Below the pieces are notes generated by a model. It searched no databases. It was not told the origin of the DNA and saw nothing but the letters and a program-made list of their open reading frames with translations. Positions 10,566 to 22,264 of a DNA stretch of 64,000 nucleotides are shown in pieces. Source of the DNA: Carcharhinus amblyrhynchos (Eukaryota); the NCBI GenBank assembly GCA_965287045.1, contig OZ336871.1:126604001-126668000 (forward strand), in the 5' to 3' direction. How positions within the stretch are numbered: position 1 is the first letter of the stretch; the number at the start of each line of letters is the position of its first letter. Made by a program: the position numbers and the translations under genes.

Positions 10566-11284
10566 TGCTCAAAAATTCCAACTAGGTCAGGAGGACATGA
10601 CCTACCCTTTACAATCCATACTCGCCCTCTTTGAAAGATTCATTTCCGAAAGATTCCAGAAACCTTCATGTAATTGATGTTAAAAAGACAGGTCTGTAGT
10701 TAGCTGATTTCTCCCTCCCTCTCTGTTTTTAAACAATGGCATCAAAATTGCAATTTTCCAACCTAAAGCCACATTGTTCAATCGAGCAAACTTTGGAAAA
10801 TTGTGACTAATGCATCTGCAATTTCTTCAGCAGTTCTTTCAATACAGCCAGACAGAAACCATCAGACCCTGGAGATTTGCCTATCTCCATTACCACTAAA
10901 TCCATTAAGTTCCTCCCCCCTTGACTTATTTTTAAATTCCTTTACACTGCTTGCATTTTGTCATCTTCCATTATGAAAAACAGATATCATCTATTACAAT
11001 CTCACCTATATGCATCTTTAATGCACCTACTTCTCATCTTCTCCACTCTCTTGCTCTTAAAAATTGTGAAATCTTTGCTGTTAACTTTCATCTTACTTAC
11101 AAAGTTTCTTCATAACTCTTATCACTTCCTTTGTATGCTGAGGAATATTTTTGTTATTGGTTGCTATAGTTCCCACAGATCACTGGATTATCACTTTTCC
11201 TCTCTTTTTTTAATCTTGTTACTATAGTTATTATCGTCTCATGTCTCTTCTAAGGTTATTTAACTATATCTGTGGTACCTTTGG

Positions 11285-11630
11285 TTTTTTTATTCACGGG
11301 ACATGGGCGTCGTTGGCTGGCCAGCATTTACTGTCCAACCCTAGTTGCTCTTAGATGTCAGTTGAGAGTCAACCACATTGCTGTGGCTCTGAAGTCACTT
11401 TCAGGCCAGAGTAGTTAAGGGCAGCATATTTCCTTCCCTAAAGAACAATTAATGAACCAGATGGGCTTTTCCAACAATGGTTTCATGGTCATCAGTAGAT
11501 TCTTAATTCCAGATTTTTTTTATTGAATTCAAATTCCACCATCTGCCATGATGGGATTCGAACCCAAGTTGCCAGAACATGATTCTGGATTCATAGTCCA
11601 GCGATAATACCACTAGGCCATTGCCTCTCC
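11285..11630 (-). mobile_element. tRNA-derived SINE family 2
   Basis: Full-length copy; B box gggattcgaaccc, head ends ataccactaggccattgcctctcc. Confidence 0.85.
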
Positions 11631-11813
11631 TACATTTGAAATATGCGCTGTTTTTGCAAGGTACAGGATGGGTTTTTGAACACTCCCCACTCCCCAACAG
11701 TTAGCCATCAATAGTTCAGCCTGGGGTCAATTTCATTCACATTCCTTCAACGTTTATCTTACTCAAGGTTAAAGTTTGGCTTGTGACTTCCTCCCCCTTT
11801 TCTCTGAAATGTA

Positions 11814-13292
11814 GGGGACGATTCTTCCATTGTGACTCACAAATTTTCTGGTGGATCCATTTGGGAGAATCGTGTGTCCGCCATTTTGTGGGATTTGGGC
11901 GCGCATCTCCCAGAGCCAGGGAACAGGCTTAGTCAGGGCCGCCCTGGAAACCAGTGGGAAGAGAGATAAGTGATTTAACTCTTTTTAAAATATATTTTAA
12001 ATCTATTTTGCATGTGATTATCGGGCCCAGCATGGAATTTGTCCAGCCCAAAAGCATCTCCCACCCCGCCAGAAGTAATTCACTCCCCCGGGGTTAAGAG
12101 TAGTTCCCCACATTCGGGGAAACTAGCAGGAGACCCCACCGGAATGAAGGGGGGAGCAATCGGGACCCCCCCCCCCCCACAGACTGTCTGGCAGTGGGAG
12201 GTAGTGCTCCATTGGCATGGGAAGCCTGACTGTGCCAGCCTGTGCCTCCTGCCACTGCCCAAGGGGCAGAGTGCCCGTGCTCAGGGGAGCACTTGGCTTT
12301 GCCACTGGGCATCGAGCAGTGCCGGGGGGGGGGGTGGAGCCTATTGTGGGCAGGGCCTCGAGAATGATTGGTGGGGGTGGGAGTCCCGCTGCCATTCTGC
12401 GTGGGGATCGGTCTGGGCTGGGAGGGGGCCAGCGATTGGAGTGGGCTTGGATGGCCGGGGGCAGAGGGTTCTGTCTCCTGGGGGGGCCTGGCCCTGCAGG
12501 GGAGGGGTCAGTGGGGTGGGTTTGCTGGGTGAGGGGGTGGGGGGAATTGCCACTGCTGTGGGGGGGGGCGGGGTTGGGGGTGGGGGAGGGGGGGGTGCGG
12601 AGGTGAGCTGGACAGGGTGCTCTGGGACAGTGGCGGGGGGAAGAGGGGTGGTCAGACCTGGCCTGTGAATTGTTATGGGGGCCACGCTCAAGAACAAAAG
12701 AACATAAGAAATAGGAGCAGGAGTAGGCCATCTAGCCCTTCGAGCCTGCCCCGCCATTCAATAAGATCATGGCTGATCTGAAGTGGATCAGTTCCACTTT
12801 CCCGCTTTCTCCCCATAACTCTTAATTCCCTTGTCTGTCAAAAACCTATCTACCCGTGACTTAAATATATTTATCGAGGCAGCCTCCACCACTTCAACGG
12901 GCAGAGAATTCCAGAGATTCACCACCCTTTGAGTGAAGAAGTTCCTCCTCAACTCCATTCTAAACTCCGTTCAAACCAGGGTGGGGACTGTAGGAGCAGC
13001 ACTGCAGGGGTCCTGAGCTGGCCAGTGGCTGAACCGGCCAGCACATTGGGAGACTGATAGATTGAAGCCACTGCGTGTGTGCAGAGTTCCAGAACTATCA
13101 GCCGGAACTAACTATCCAGCTCGAATTGGCCCCATCTCCCCCCCACCCCCCTCGGGTTTTTAACAAGATTCACGATTGGAACCTCTGCAATACACAGGGT
13201 GGGGAGATTCAGGTCTGAAGTTGCACTGAAAAAACAGTTGTGATCTAGACCAGTTTTCTCATCCATTCAGCACTTTTGGGAGAGTCGCCCCC
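11814..13292. mobile_element. GC-rich non-autonomous DNA transposon (PIF/Harbinger-like), interrupted by a CR1
   Basis: Imperfect TIRs GGGGACGATTCTTCC / GGGAGAGTCGCCCC. G-rich interior with TGCC/GGCA repeats, related to 30748-31870 in opposite orientation. Confidence 0.7.
12690..12965 (-). mobile_element. Young CR1 3' end, same family as 1-813
   Basis: Close reverse-complement match to 538-813, including the (TTCTTATG) tail; 5'-truncated. Confidence 0.92.
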
Positions 13293-13569
13293 ATAATGTC
13301 AGTTTCAATCATATTCTGGTCACTATTTGCAGAACACTCATTTATCTTTGAATTGTTAACTAATCCCAATTCATTACTCATCACTAAATCTGCATCTCGC
13401 TCTAGAAACCTGTCCCACATACATTTTGCAAATTCATTGCCTTCATGGCATGAGCTATGGTGTTTCTTCATGCCCATGTGAAAATGAACATTTCCCATGA
13501 TGACTGCAGTGTTTTCCCTGCAGCGCTTTTCCTGATCATCTCAGCAGCAGCCCTCTATCCTTAACGTTA

Positions 13570-13665
13570 TAGCCGGGATTCTCAGATCTCATCCCTGGCT
13601 GGGATTCTCCAGACCCGCTGCAGTGAATGGAGATTTAGCTGAGTGCCCAATTCCCTGTTCTACGA
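13570..13665. mobile_element. Short MITE fragment
   Basis: Matches 6683-6780 (ggattctccag..ctgcagtgaa..gctgagtgcc..attc). Confidence 0.55.
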
Positions 13666-13879
13666 TTTTGGAGGTAACTCCTAACAGAGTTGCGCATCCT
13701 CTGCTACTCTTCTGTTCAACCTATACTGCTTCCAAGCTCCGATCATCCTTGCGGAAATCCCTGCTCTTTCTTTTGCAAATTATTCCTTTATTAATTTCTT
13801 TATTATTCCACTGGCCCACCTCTCTCAATTTTCCTATCATCACTCAATCATGCTTAGGTTGTAGTTAGGTCTCTGTGAC

Positions 13880-14920
13880 ATCTATTTCTTAACCCATGTG
13901 GAAATATCCTTTCTACATCCATCCCATCAGATCTGCTCAGGATCTTAGATGTTTCAATGAGTTTAACTCTCATTCTTCTCAATTCCATTGGATACAAGCC
14001 CAGCCTATTCAAGCTCTCCTGTGGGCAGCAGTGTGGGAGAGTGGTTAGCACTGCTGCCACACAGCGCCAGGGACCTGGGTTCCAACCTCGGCTTTGATGA
14101 CTGTCTGTGCAGAGTCTGCAGGTTCTCCCCATGTCTGCGTGGGTTTCCTCCGGGTGTTCCGGTTTCTCCTACAGTCCAAAAGACATGCTAGCAAGGTGCA
14201 TTGGCCAAGCTAAATTCTCCCTCAGTGTACCTGAACAGGCACCAGAGTGTGGTGACTGGAGGATTTTCACAGTAACTTCACTGCAGTGTTAATGTAAGCC
14301 TATTTGTGACATTAATAAATAAACTTTAAACTTTCCTCATAAGATAAAATGCCACAACCAAATGATATTCTTTCTTAAATCAGGAGACCAAATCTGTACA
14401 CAGTACTGCTGGTGTGGTCTCACCAACACCCTATACAGCTGTAGAAAAACGTTCTTACTTTTATATTCCATCCCCCTTGCAGTACACAACGTCATTCCAT
14501 TTGCCAAATTTCTTCACCCAGAGAGATGTGAATGTGTGGAATTCACTTCTACAGAAAGTCGCAGAGGCCAAAACATTGTCTGATTTCAAAGAAATTAGAT
14601 ATAGCATTAGGGCTAAAGGGATCGAGGGGTGTGGGACGAAGGGGGGAATCAGGATATTGAATTTGATGATCAGCCATGATTATAATGAATGGTGGAGCAG
14701 GCTCAAAGGGCTAAATGGCCTATTGCTGTTTCTAGTTTATATCCCTCCTAGTCACCTGCTATACCTGCATACTTACTTTTTGTGATTCATGTGCTGTTCA
14801 AAATGCTCTGTACAACCAAGCTGTGTAATCTTTCTCCATTTAAATATGCTGTTTTTCCAAATTTCCTGCTAAAGTGGACAAGCTCACATTTTCCTATATT
14901 ACATTCCATCTGCCGGATTG
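13880..14920 (-). mobile_element. CR1 fragment (minus) with a nested V-SINE and a nested plus-strand CR1 3' end (14505-14740)
   Basis: Minus ORF ESLNRLGLYPMELRRMRVKLIET; plus piece FFTQRDVNVWNSL with a 3'UTR. Confidence 0.8.
14022..14333 (+). mobile_element. V-SINE, tail type B
   Basis: Full head, core and tail; flanked by a short tcct repeat inside the CR1. Confidence 0.9.
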
Positions 14921-15277
14921 TTTGGTTGTTGGTCTTTGAACACTTTTTGACTTACAGTGTGGATTTTCCTTTCCCAACTCTACAATTAGATCAAATCTTT
15001 TTCTGTTTCCACAAAAATACAAGTGCCTTTCTGCCACCTCATCCGTATGGCATTGAGCTGCCCTGGAAATGGAGCCACTGTTCAAGGAATCTGAAATGTT
15101 GTACACGAGCTTCTACACGAAACCTCAAACTAGGTGAATGATGCTAATCTTTTGCCTGTTCCAGCGCATTACACTGGAAGCGCTCCAGAGATTTAGCTTC
15201 CTAATTTAGAATTTAGCACCTTGGAGTCTGTTTGCAGAATTTCAAAATATTCCTATTATATAATAGAATCCCATTTC

Positions 15278-15428
15278 NNNNNNNNNNNNNNNNNNNNNNN
15301 NNNNNNNNNNNNNNNNNNNNNNNNNNNNNNNNNNNNNNNNNNNNNNNNNNNNNNNNNNNNNNNNNNNNNNNNNNNNNNNNNNNNNNNNNNNNNNNNNNNN
15401 NNNNNNNNNNNNNNNNNNNNNNNNNNNN
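15278..15428. other. Assembly gap (151 N)
   Basis: Run of N. Confidence 1.
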
Positions 15429-15780
15429 GTGGGACATGGGCATCGCTGGTTGGCCAGCATTTATTTCCCACCCCTTATTGCCCTTGTTCAGAAGGCACTT
15501 GAGAGTCAGTCACATTGCTGTTGCTCTGGTGTCACATGTAGGCCAGACCAGTTAAGGATGGCAGATTTCTTTCCCTCTAGGATATTAATGAGCCAGATGG
15601 GTTTTTCTAAAAATTGACAATGGTTTCATGATCATGAATAGATTCTTAATTCCAGTTTTTTCTCACTGGCTTCAAATCCCGCCCATCCGCTGTGGCAGGA
15701 TTCGAAGCTGGCCACCCCCAGAATATTACTGAGTTTCTGCATTAATAATCCAGCGATAATACCACTGGCCATTGCCTCTT
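15429..15780 (-). mobile_element. tRNA-derived SINE family 2
   Basis: Same sequence family as 11285-11630. Confidence 0.85.
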
Positions 15781-15782
15781 CA

Positions 15783-15990
15783 TGTATATGTGTTTGTTTG
15801 TATATGTGTGTGCATTTGTGTATATGCAGATATGTGTATATGTCATATGTGTGTATGCATGTGCGTATCTGTGTGTGGATGTGTTTGTGTCTGTGTGTGG
15901 ATGTGTGTGCTCTGTGTGTGTCTGTATGGGTGTATGAGTATGTGTGTTGGCTATTTGTGTGTGTGGGAGCTGTGTATGTGTGTGAGACAT
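15783..15990. repeat. Degenerate (TG)n/(TGTA)n microsatellite
   Basis: Seen directly as a TG-rich low-complexity run. Confidence 0.9.
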
Positions 15991-16781
15991 ATGTCCTCCC
16001 TGCTATCCCACAATCTTTAATATTCCCCCCATCCATCATTCCAAACCCCATAAACAGTGAAACAACACAACATTTATATCCCTGCAAATCTCTGAAAACA
16101 TACTTCCCTGAGCATGGAATGCTTCACAATCACCACTTGCCTATTCTTTCTCCCATTATTGTTTCCCCCAGGAGTAACAACCTTTTCCCTTGAGTCTCTT
16201 GTGGTAACTCAAGTGGTTACCTTCCAAAATGCCAGTCTTTTTGTCCACACCACCTTACCCGAAAAGTAATTAGACATATCTAACTAACAGGAGGTAGGGA
16301 TCAAGTTTAAGAGCTGGTAAAACTACTTTTTTTTATATGAAAATAATCCATTTATATTAAGCTCCATTTATATTAAGAGCAATAGTTAAAAGCTGGAAAC
16401 TAAAAGCCTGCAAATGTAGCTGACAGTGCATGTCTGCATAGGGGTCAGAAGCAGCCTGCTTTCTAGGTCAAGTTGCACATGCTTACATTTAGGTCCAAGT
16501 TTATCAGTGCTTTAGTTTGCCTGGAGACTCAATTATCTCTTTTCACAGTTAGCCATTTATGCCTTGCTAGCCTTCTGGTCTAGCCTCGTTAACCACAAAG
16601 ACCAGCACTTTCTGCTCACCTTCAGGATCAGGGAATGTCAGGTAGTCTGGATCACCTTGACAAGGACTGGTGTAGGTACAATATGTGTGCAAGTGTTGAG
16701 GAACGACACATGCATTTGGATTAATACAGACAGGGGCAGTATAAGAGAAGGTGGGATCATAACCATGTGTCAGAAGATGGA

Positions 16782-16909
16782 NNNNNNNNNNNNNNNNNNN
16801 NNNNNNNNNNNNNNNNNNNNNNNNNNNNNNNNNNNNNNNNNNNNNNNNNNNNNNNNNNNNNNNNNNNNNNNNNNNNNNNNNNNNNNNNNNNNNNNNNNNN
16901 NNNNNNNNN
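16782..16909. other. Assembly gap (128 N)
   Basis: Run of N. Confidence 1.
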
Positions 16910-17594
16910 TTTACCACAACATGTGCCCATCAACAGAGAAGCAGGTCTTGTAATCATGGTATTGGTGGTGAGGATAAGTGCATTCAGCCTTTAATAAATA
17001 TGCAAGTGCTTGGCTCCCTATCTCAAACACATTCTTGGCACAGAGCAATGGACTGGCAACCTTTGTCCATGTTATTACAAAAATCATAATACATTATGAA
17101 GTGCCTTCTAAAAATTCAGAGAAAATCCATTAACTGGCTTTCCCTCACCTAATAGTGAAGTTACCTCTTCAGTGCACTCCAGTGAATTTTACTGCCACAC
17201 AATCAGATCAAACTCTTTGCTGACTATCTCTTATAGGCTATGTATATCTTGGATGAGCATTGATTGCTTCCGATACAATGATCTTGAGCATTAACCCACT
17301 ATTGATGTTTAGCATAATGGGTCTATAATTCCAGGTGCAGGTGTCAGCCTATTCCGTGAATACCAGAATGCCCAATGATTGTTTTCACTTAACTGGCAGT
17401 GTGAAATTCTTTCATCAAATTAAATCTCAATGTCCTGAAGATCTGGTTATCTTTTAGTTAATGAAAGGTTGTTTTGCACTATTTTCTTCCTCTATACAAT
17501 AAGCCTTTCTTGTATACATTCCTTTACACAGGAACAGTATAAGAGAAGATGGGATTATTATTGTGAATCAGAAGCTGGGAGAAGCAAAAGGAGG

Positions 17595-17638
17595 AGAAAG
17601 AAAGAAAGAAAGAAACAAAGAAACAAAGAAAGAAAAGA
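17595..17638. repeat. (AGAA)n-like microsatellite
   Basis: gaaagaaagaaagaaagaaacaaagaaacaaagaaagaaa. Confidence 0.85.
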
Positions 17639-17818
17639 GAATATGCTGGAAAATCTCAACAGGTCAGGCAGCATCGTAAGGAGAGCTTTGACAAAGGGTT
17701 GTCTGGACTCAAAATGTCAGCTCTTTTCTCTCCTTACAGATGCTGCCAGACCTGCTGAGAATTTCCAGCATTTTCTCTTTAGGTTTCAGATTCCAGCATC
17801 TGCAGTGATTTGCTTTCA
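17633..17818 (+). mobile_element. Penelope-like inverted terminal repeat with decayed hammerhead motif
   Basis: About 50-bp inverted arms (17633-17685 / 17728-17780) around agct-TTGACAA-aggg..actc-AAAA-tgtc-agct, readable as a CpG-decayed CTGACGA..CGAAACGTC. Confidence 0.65.
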
Positions 17819-18302
17819 TGAGGAAGGAAAGAAGAAATGAATGAAGTAAGGAAGGAAGGAAGGTTTTAAAAATATAAGCAGTTCATTTTTATATATTGGA
17901 GACTAAGTATATATAATTTCAACTCACATTGGATGGTTTAATTAGTTATGAATGATCATGAGCTTATGTGGAAACTGACATCTTTATGGCTCTGTGGTAA
18001 CTGTATGCAGAATTCATTCATTTCCACCAAGATGTTTTCTTATTCACACATCCACAAGGACAGATACCCCACTTGTTCAAGTTATTTTTCTTCATCATGT
18101 CCCAGTCTGATGAATGTCATTGCTGTTTCCATTTGAATCCCTCCGATCAGCTTCCAATCACTGCCATCGTACAGAAATGGTTCTTACCAAAGTCACAAGC
18201 AATATTCGATGTGACTGTGATAAAGATAAACCATCTCTCTTCATCTTCTTCAGCCTGTCCACGGCCTTTGACACGGGTGATCAGGAAATTCTGCTCAGCC
18301 TT

Positions 18303-18640
18303 GGGGCAGTGGTGGCTCAGTGATATTATCACTAGGCTGTTAATCCAAAAACTCAGATAACATTGTGGAGACCTGGGTTTGAACCCAGCCACAGCAGCTG
18401 ATGGAATTTCAATAGAAATATCTGGTCTGCTAATGACCAAATGTCAGAAAAACCCATCTAGTTCACTAATGTCCTCTAAGGAAGAAAATCTGCCATTCTT
18501 ACCCAGTTTGGTGTATAGGTGGATCCAGAACCACAGCAATGTTATTGACTCTCAACTGCCTTCCAAAGGCAGCCAGGGACATGTAATAAATACTGGGCAG
18601 CCAGCAACACCCATGTCCCACAAATGAATTTAAAAAATCA
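18303..18640 (+). mobile_element. tRNA-derived SINE family 2
   Basis: A box gtggctcagtg, B box gggtttgaacc, central domain and tail. Confidence 0.8.
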
Positions 18641-19734
18641 CTATTTGGCTAGGTGGGGCTGCTGTCTTCTGGGCAATCCAGTCATAACCTGAGCATCACC
18701 CACAATGATATCTGTTCTCATTCCAGCACTATTATCTCTGGTGACCCCCCAAGGATTTATATTTGGCCTCCAGTTACATGCTGTTTCTCAGTGATATCAT
18801 CCAAAAATACAGCATCACTTTTCACATATACATTGGCGATGCCCATTTCAACTTCAATACCAATTCTCTCAAACCCTCCACTATCGCTAAATCATTTTGT
18901 GGGCTTGTCTGACATCCAGTGTCGGCTAAGCAGGAATTTCCCCTGACCAGAGAAGACAGAAGCCATTGGCTTTGGTCCCTGACACAGATACTTTGCCTTT
19001 GCAATCAATTTCATTCCTCTCCAAGATCGCTGTCTGAAGCTGAACCAGAGGTTTGGAAACTTGGTGCTATACAAGACTCTGAGAAGAGGTTCCAATCACA
19101 CTTGAAAACCTCATGCTGCTTGTTTCTACCTCCATAAAATAATCTGATTTCACCACAGCATCAGCTCATCCGTTGCAGAAACCCTCATCAATGTCCTTGT
19201 TACCTCTGGAATTAGCTATTCCAATGCTCTCACGGCCAACCTTCCCAGTTCTACCCTCCTTAAGCATGAGGTCATTCAAAGTCCCATGACTCCTGTGTTC
19301 TAACTCACACTGAATCCTGTTCAGCCACCCCTTCTTACTCCCTGATCTGCACTGACCCTCAATCGAGTGGAGGAAGGTGGGATTAGAAAGGACACATGGG
19401 TATGTGGGGGCTGGCATGGACAAGATGGGCTGAATGGCCTCCTTCTGTGCTATAACCTTTCTATGGTTCTACGGTTAAGCAACACCTCCATTTTTAAATT
19501 CCTATCCTGGTTTTAAAATCCCTGCACAAAGTCACTCCTCCCTATTTCCATAATCTCCCTTCAGCCCTACAACATATTTCTAGTTTCCTGTGCTCCTCTA
19601 ACCTGACTTAGTCAGCATTCCCCATTTCAATCACCACACTATTGGTGGTCATGCCTCTAAGTCGTCTGGGTTGAGCTCTGGCATTCCCTCCCCACATCCC
19701 TCTGCCGCCATATCTCTCATGCCTTCTTTGCCTT

Positions 19735-19955
19735 CCAAGCCACTCACTATCCTGAAATAGAACTATGTCGTCATTCCTTTGCAGTGTGAAAATCCTGCGA
19801 TTCCCTCCCTAATGGCGTTGTGGGTCAACCTACAGAATGTGGACTGCAATGTTTCAGGAAGGCAGGTCACCACCACCTTCTCAAGGGTAACGAGGGATGG
19901 GTAACAAATGCTGGCCAGCCAGTGACGCCCATGTCCCACCAATGAATAAAAGAAA
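19735..19955 (+). mobile_element. 3' end of LINE family X (CR1/L2-clade; tail shared with SINE family 2)
   Basis: aaatcctg..tccctccctaa..gactgca..ttcaggaaggcag..caccaccaccttctcaaggg..gggatggg..aaatgctggcc..cccatgtccc. Confidence 0.75.
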
Positions 19956-21157
19956 AGATGCTTCTTAAAACATAACTCTTCGATCAAGCTTTCATTCATC
20001 AAGGCCTAATATGGGGCCCAGAATCAAATGTTGTTCGATAACGTTCTTGTGTTTTAGAAGTGCTTTGGGAAGTTTTATCACATTCAAACTGCTATATAAA
20101 TACAAGTTATTGTTAGTGTTGAATCAGCAAACATAAAGAGTAAAATAGATAGATCCAGTGATTCAAATATTCCTGGGAAAGGTTCCGATGTTATGAGAGT
20201 AGCAGCTGACAAAAGGATCTCCTCCTGAAACCACAGCGACTGATCAGGAGAACCCCTCTGGAAACTCATGTGTCGGTGCAGACTCAATGGACCAAAGGTC
20301 CTCTTCTGCACTGCATGATTCTGTGATTCACAGCTCCTGCAGTTGTTAGTGAGCCGATGGACAGAAAGGGAAGTAGGAACTCAGGAAGAGAACTCTATCT
20401 ACTCGGTGGAATTTAGCAAAAGCATTGCAGTCTTTCAATGATATGCAGCTTTATCCCTTTCCAGAAAATTTAATCCCAGTGGAAACAAAATAATAGCCAC
20501 AAATTCTAAAACATGTAGCTATAACTTGCTGCAGCTCATTTAATGAGCTATTGATATGAAAAGGTAGCAAGTGATTTAAAACAAAGGTGGGGCAGTACTA
20601 ATTGAACAACATTTTTCAGAGGTTCGCAATCTGTATTATACTCCTTAACCCTGAATTTTCTCACCCCTTTTGCACATTATTAACAGCACGTATCATTAGC
20701 CCAACTTAATTTTTCCAGCAAAATCTCCACAAGTGGTTCAGCATCTGAATGTAATTTCACTATTTCAGACGCTTTTCATGTACTGCCAATCACAAATTGG
20801 AGATTAGGAGAAAATTGCATCTAAATTTTATCCTGTCAGAACTAAACTCATTGTTGTTTCACACAAGCTTCGTTCCAATGTGGGGAACAAGGGGGAAGCA
20901 TTGGAAGGATTAACCAGTTGATTACCAGCCTGTTTGAACTGTAAGCAAACGCTTCCTCCATGACAAGCTCACTCTGCAGTGGGATTTGAAACCAGTGTTA
21001 CCGGCTGAGCCACAAGACGAGGAAATAATCAGCCATCTCCTCTTCTCCCTCACCTCCCTACCGAGCCTTCAGCGCACTTACTAATTTAAACTTCCTTCAG
21101 CAGAAACATACATGGAAGTTTCAGTCCACAACAGCAGTTGAAACACTACAACTACCT

Positions 21158-21449
21158 AAAGTAAAGTTTGTTAGTGTCACAAGTAGGCTTACATTAATAC
21201 TGCAATGAAGTTACTGTGAAGAATCCCTAGTGGCCACACTCCAGTGCCTGTTCAGGTACGCTGAGGGAGAATTTAGCATGGCCATTGCAACTAACCAGCA
21301 TGTCTTTCTGACTGTGGGAAGAATCTGGAGCACGCAGAGGAAACTCACGCAGGCACGGGGAGAATGTGCAACCTCCACACAGACAACAACCCAAACGGGG
21401 AATCGAACTCGGTCCCTGGCACCAAACCACTGTGGCACCATGCTGCCCA
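21158..21449 (-). mobile_element. V-SINE, tail type B
   Basis: Head, core and tail on the minus strand. Confidence 0.9.
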
Positions 21450-21467
21450 CAATGTTCCTTCTCTATT

Positions 21468-21795
21468 TGTTTATTCATTTTTATAGGATGTGGGCGTCGC
21501 TAGCTGAGCAAGCATTTATTGCCCATCCCTAACTGCCCATTTCAGAGGACATTTAAGAGTCAGCCACATTGCTGTAAGGACAGCAGATTTCCTTCCCTAA
21601 AGGACAATAGTGAACCAAGTGGGTTTTTTCCAACAATTGACAATGATTTTCATGGTCAGCAGTAGACTCTTAATTTCAGATGTTTATTAAATTCAAATTT
21701 CACCATCTGCCACTGTGGGATTCGAACCCAGGTCCCCAGAACAATACCCTAGGTTTCTGGATTGCTAGTCCAGTGATAATTCCACTGTGCCAATC
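21468..21795 (-). mobile_element. tRNA-derived SINE family 2
   Basis: B box gggattcgaaccc; central domain present. Confidence 0.85.
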
Positions 21796-22264
21796 AGAAT
21801 TATTTCACATTGGAACTACCATTAACATATTGTAACATATAGGTTACAATATATGAAAAATCATATAACTGCACACACTTCTTGTCTGCATCTTGTTCTC
21901 TTTTGGAATTTTTTGTCAGACCTTGTGTGAACTTTTGTTACTGCAATTCACTGTGTTTGCATTTCTAATAGAGAGGTAGGTGTCTATGCAAACTGATCAT
22001 ACTGTAATTATAACCTTTCACCAGTGGTGGTGCTACAATGCATCAGTTTGCTATCACTCCAGGTCTGTAGACAAATTCATATACTCAAACACACCTCTTC
22101 TTCCCAGATTGCCCAAAGACTTATCCAATGATATAAATTCAAAGTATTATGTATCTACACGGTTAGAATGTATGATTTTAAAATAGAGATTGAACTCTGC
22201 TGCACTTACTTCATCTCCTGCCTTTTTACCTGCCTTCATCTCAAGGTTGTTCCTGGTATTCATA

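Larger units (their letters stand above)
18140..20115 (+). mobile_element. L2 LINE 3' portion, decayed, with nested SINE and LINE pieces
   Basis: CDCDKDKPSLFIFFSLSTAFDTGD (DLSAAFDTVDH motif); AETLINVLVTSG-like segment near 19175; L2-type end gctatataaatacaagttattgtt. Confidence 0.75.

Noticed and set aside
12039-12757. Overlapping 130-210 aa Gly/Pro-rich ORFs
   Set aside because: An artefact of the G/C-rich, stop-poor interior of a non-autonomous transposon. The same applies to 30955-31680.
15213-15555. ORFs spanning N runs
   Set aside because: Open only because of the assembly gap.
15632-16193. His/Thr- and Val/Cys-rich ORFs
   Set aside because: Translations of a TG microsatellite.
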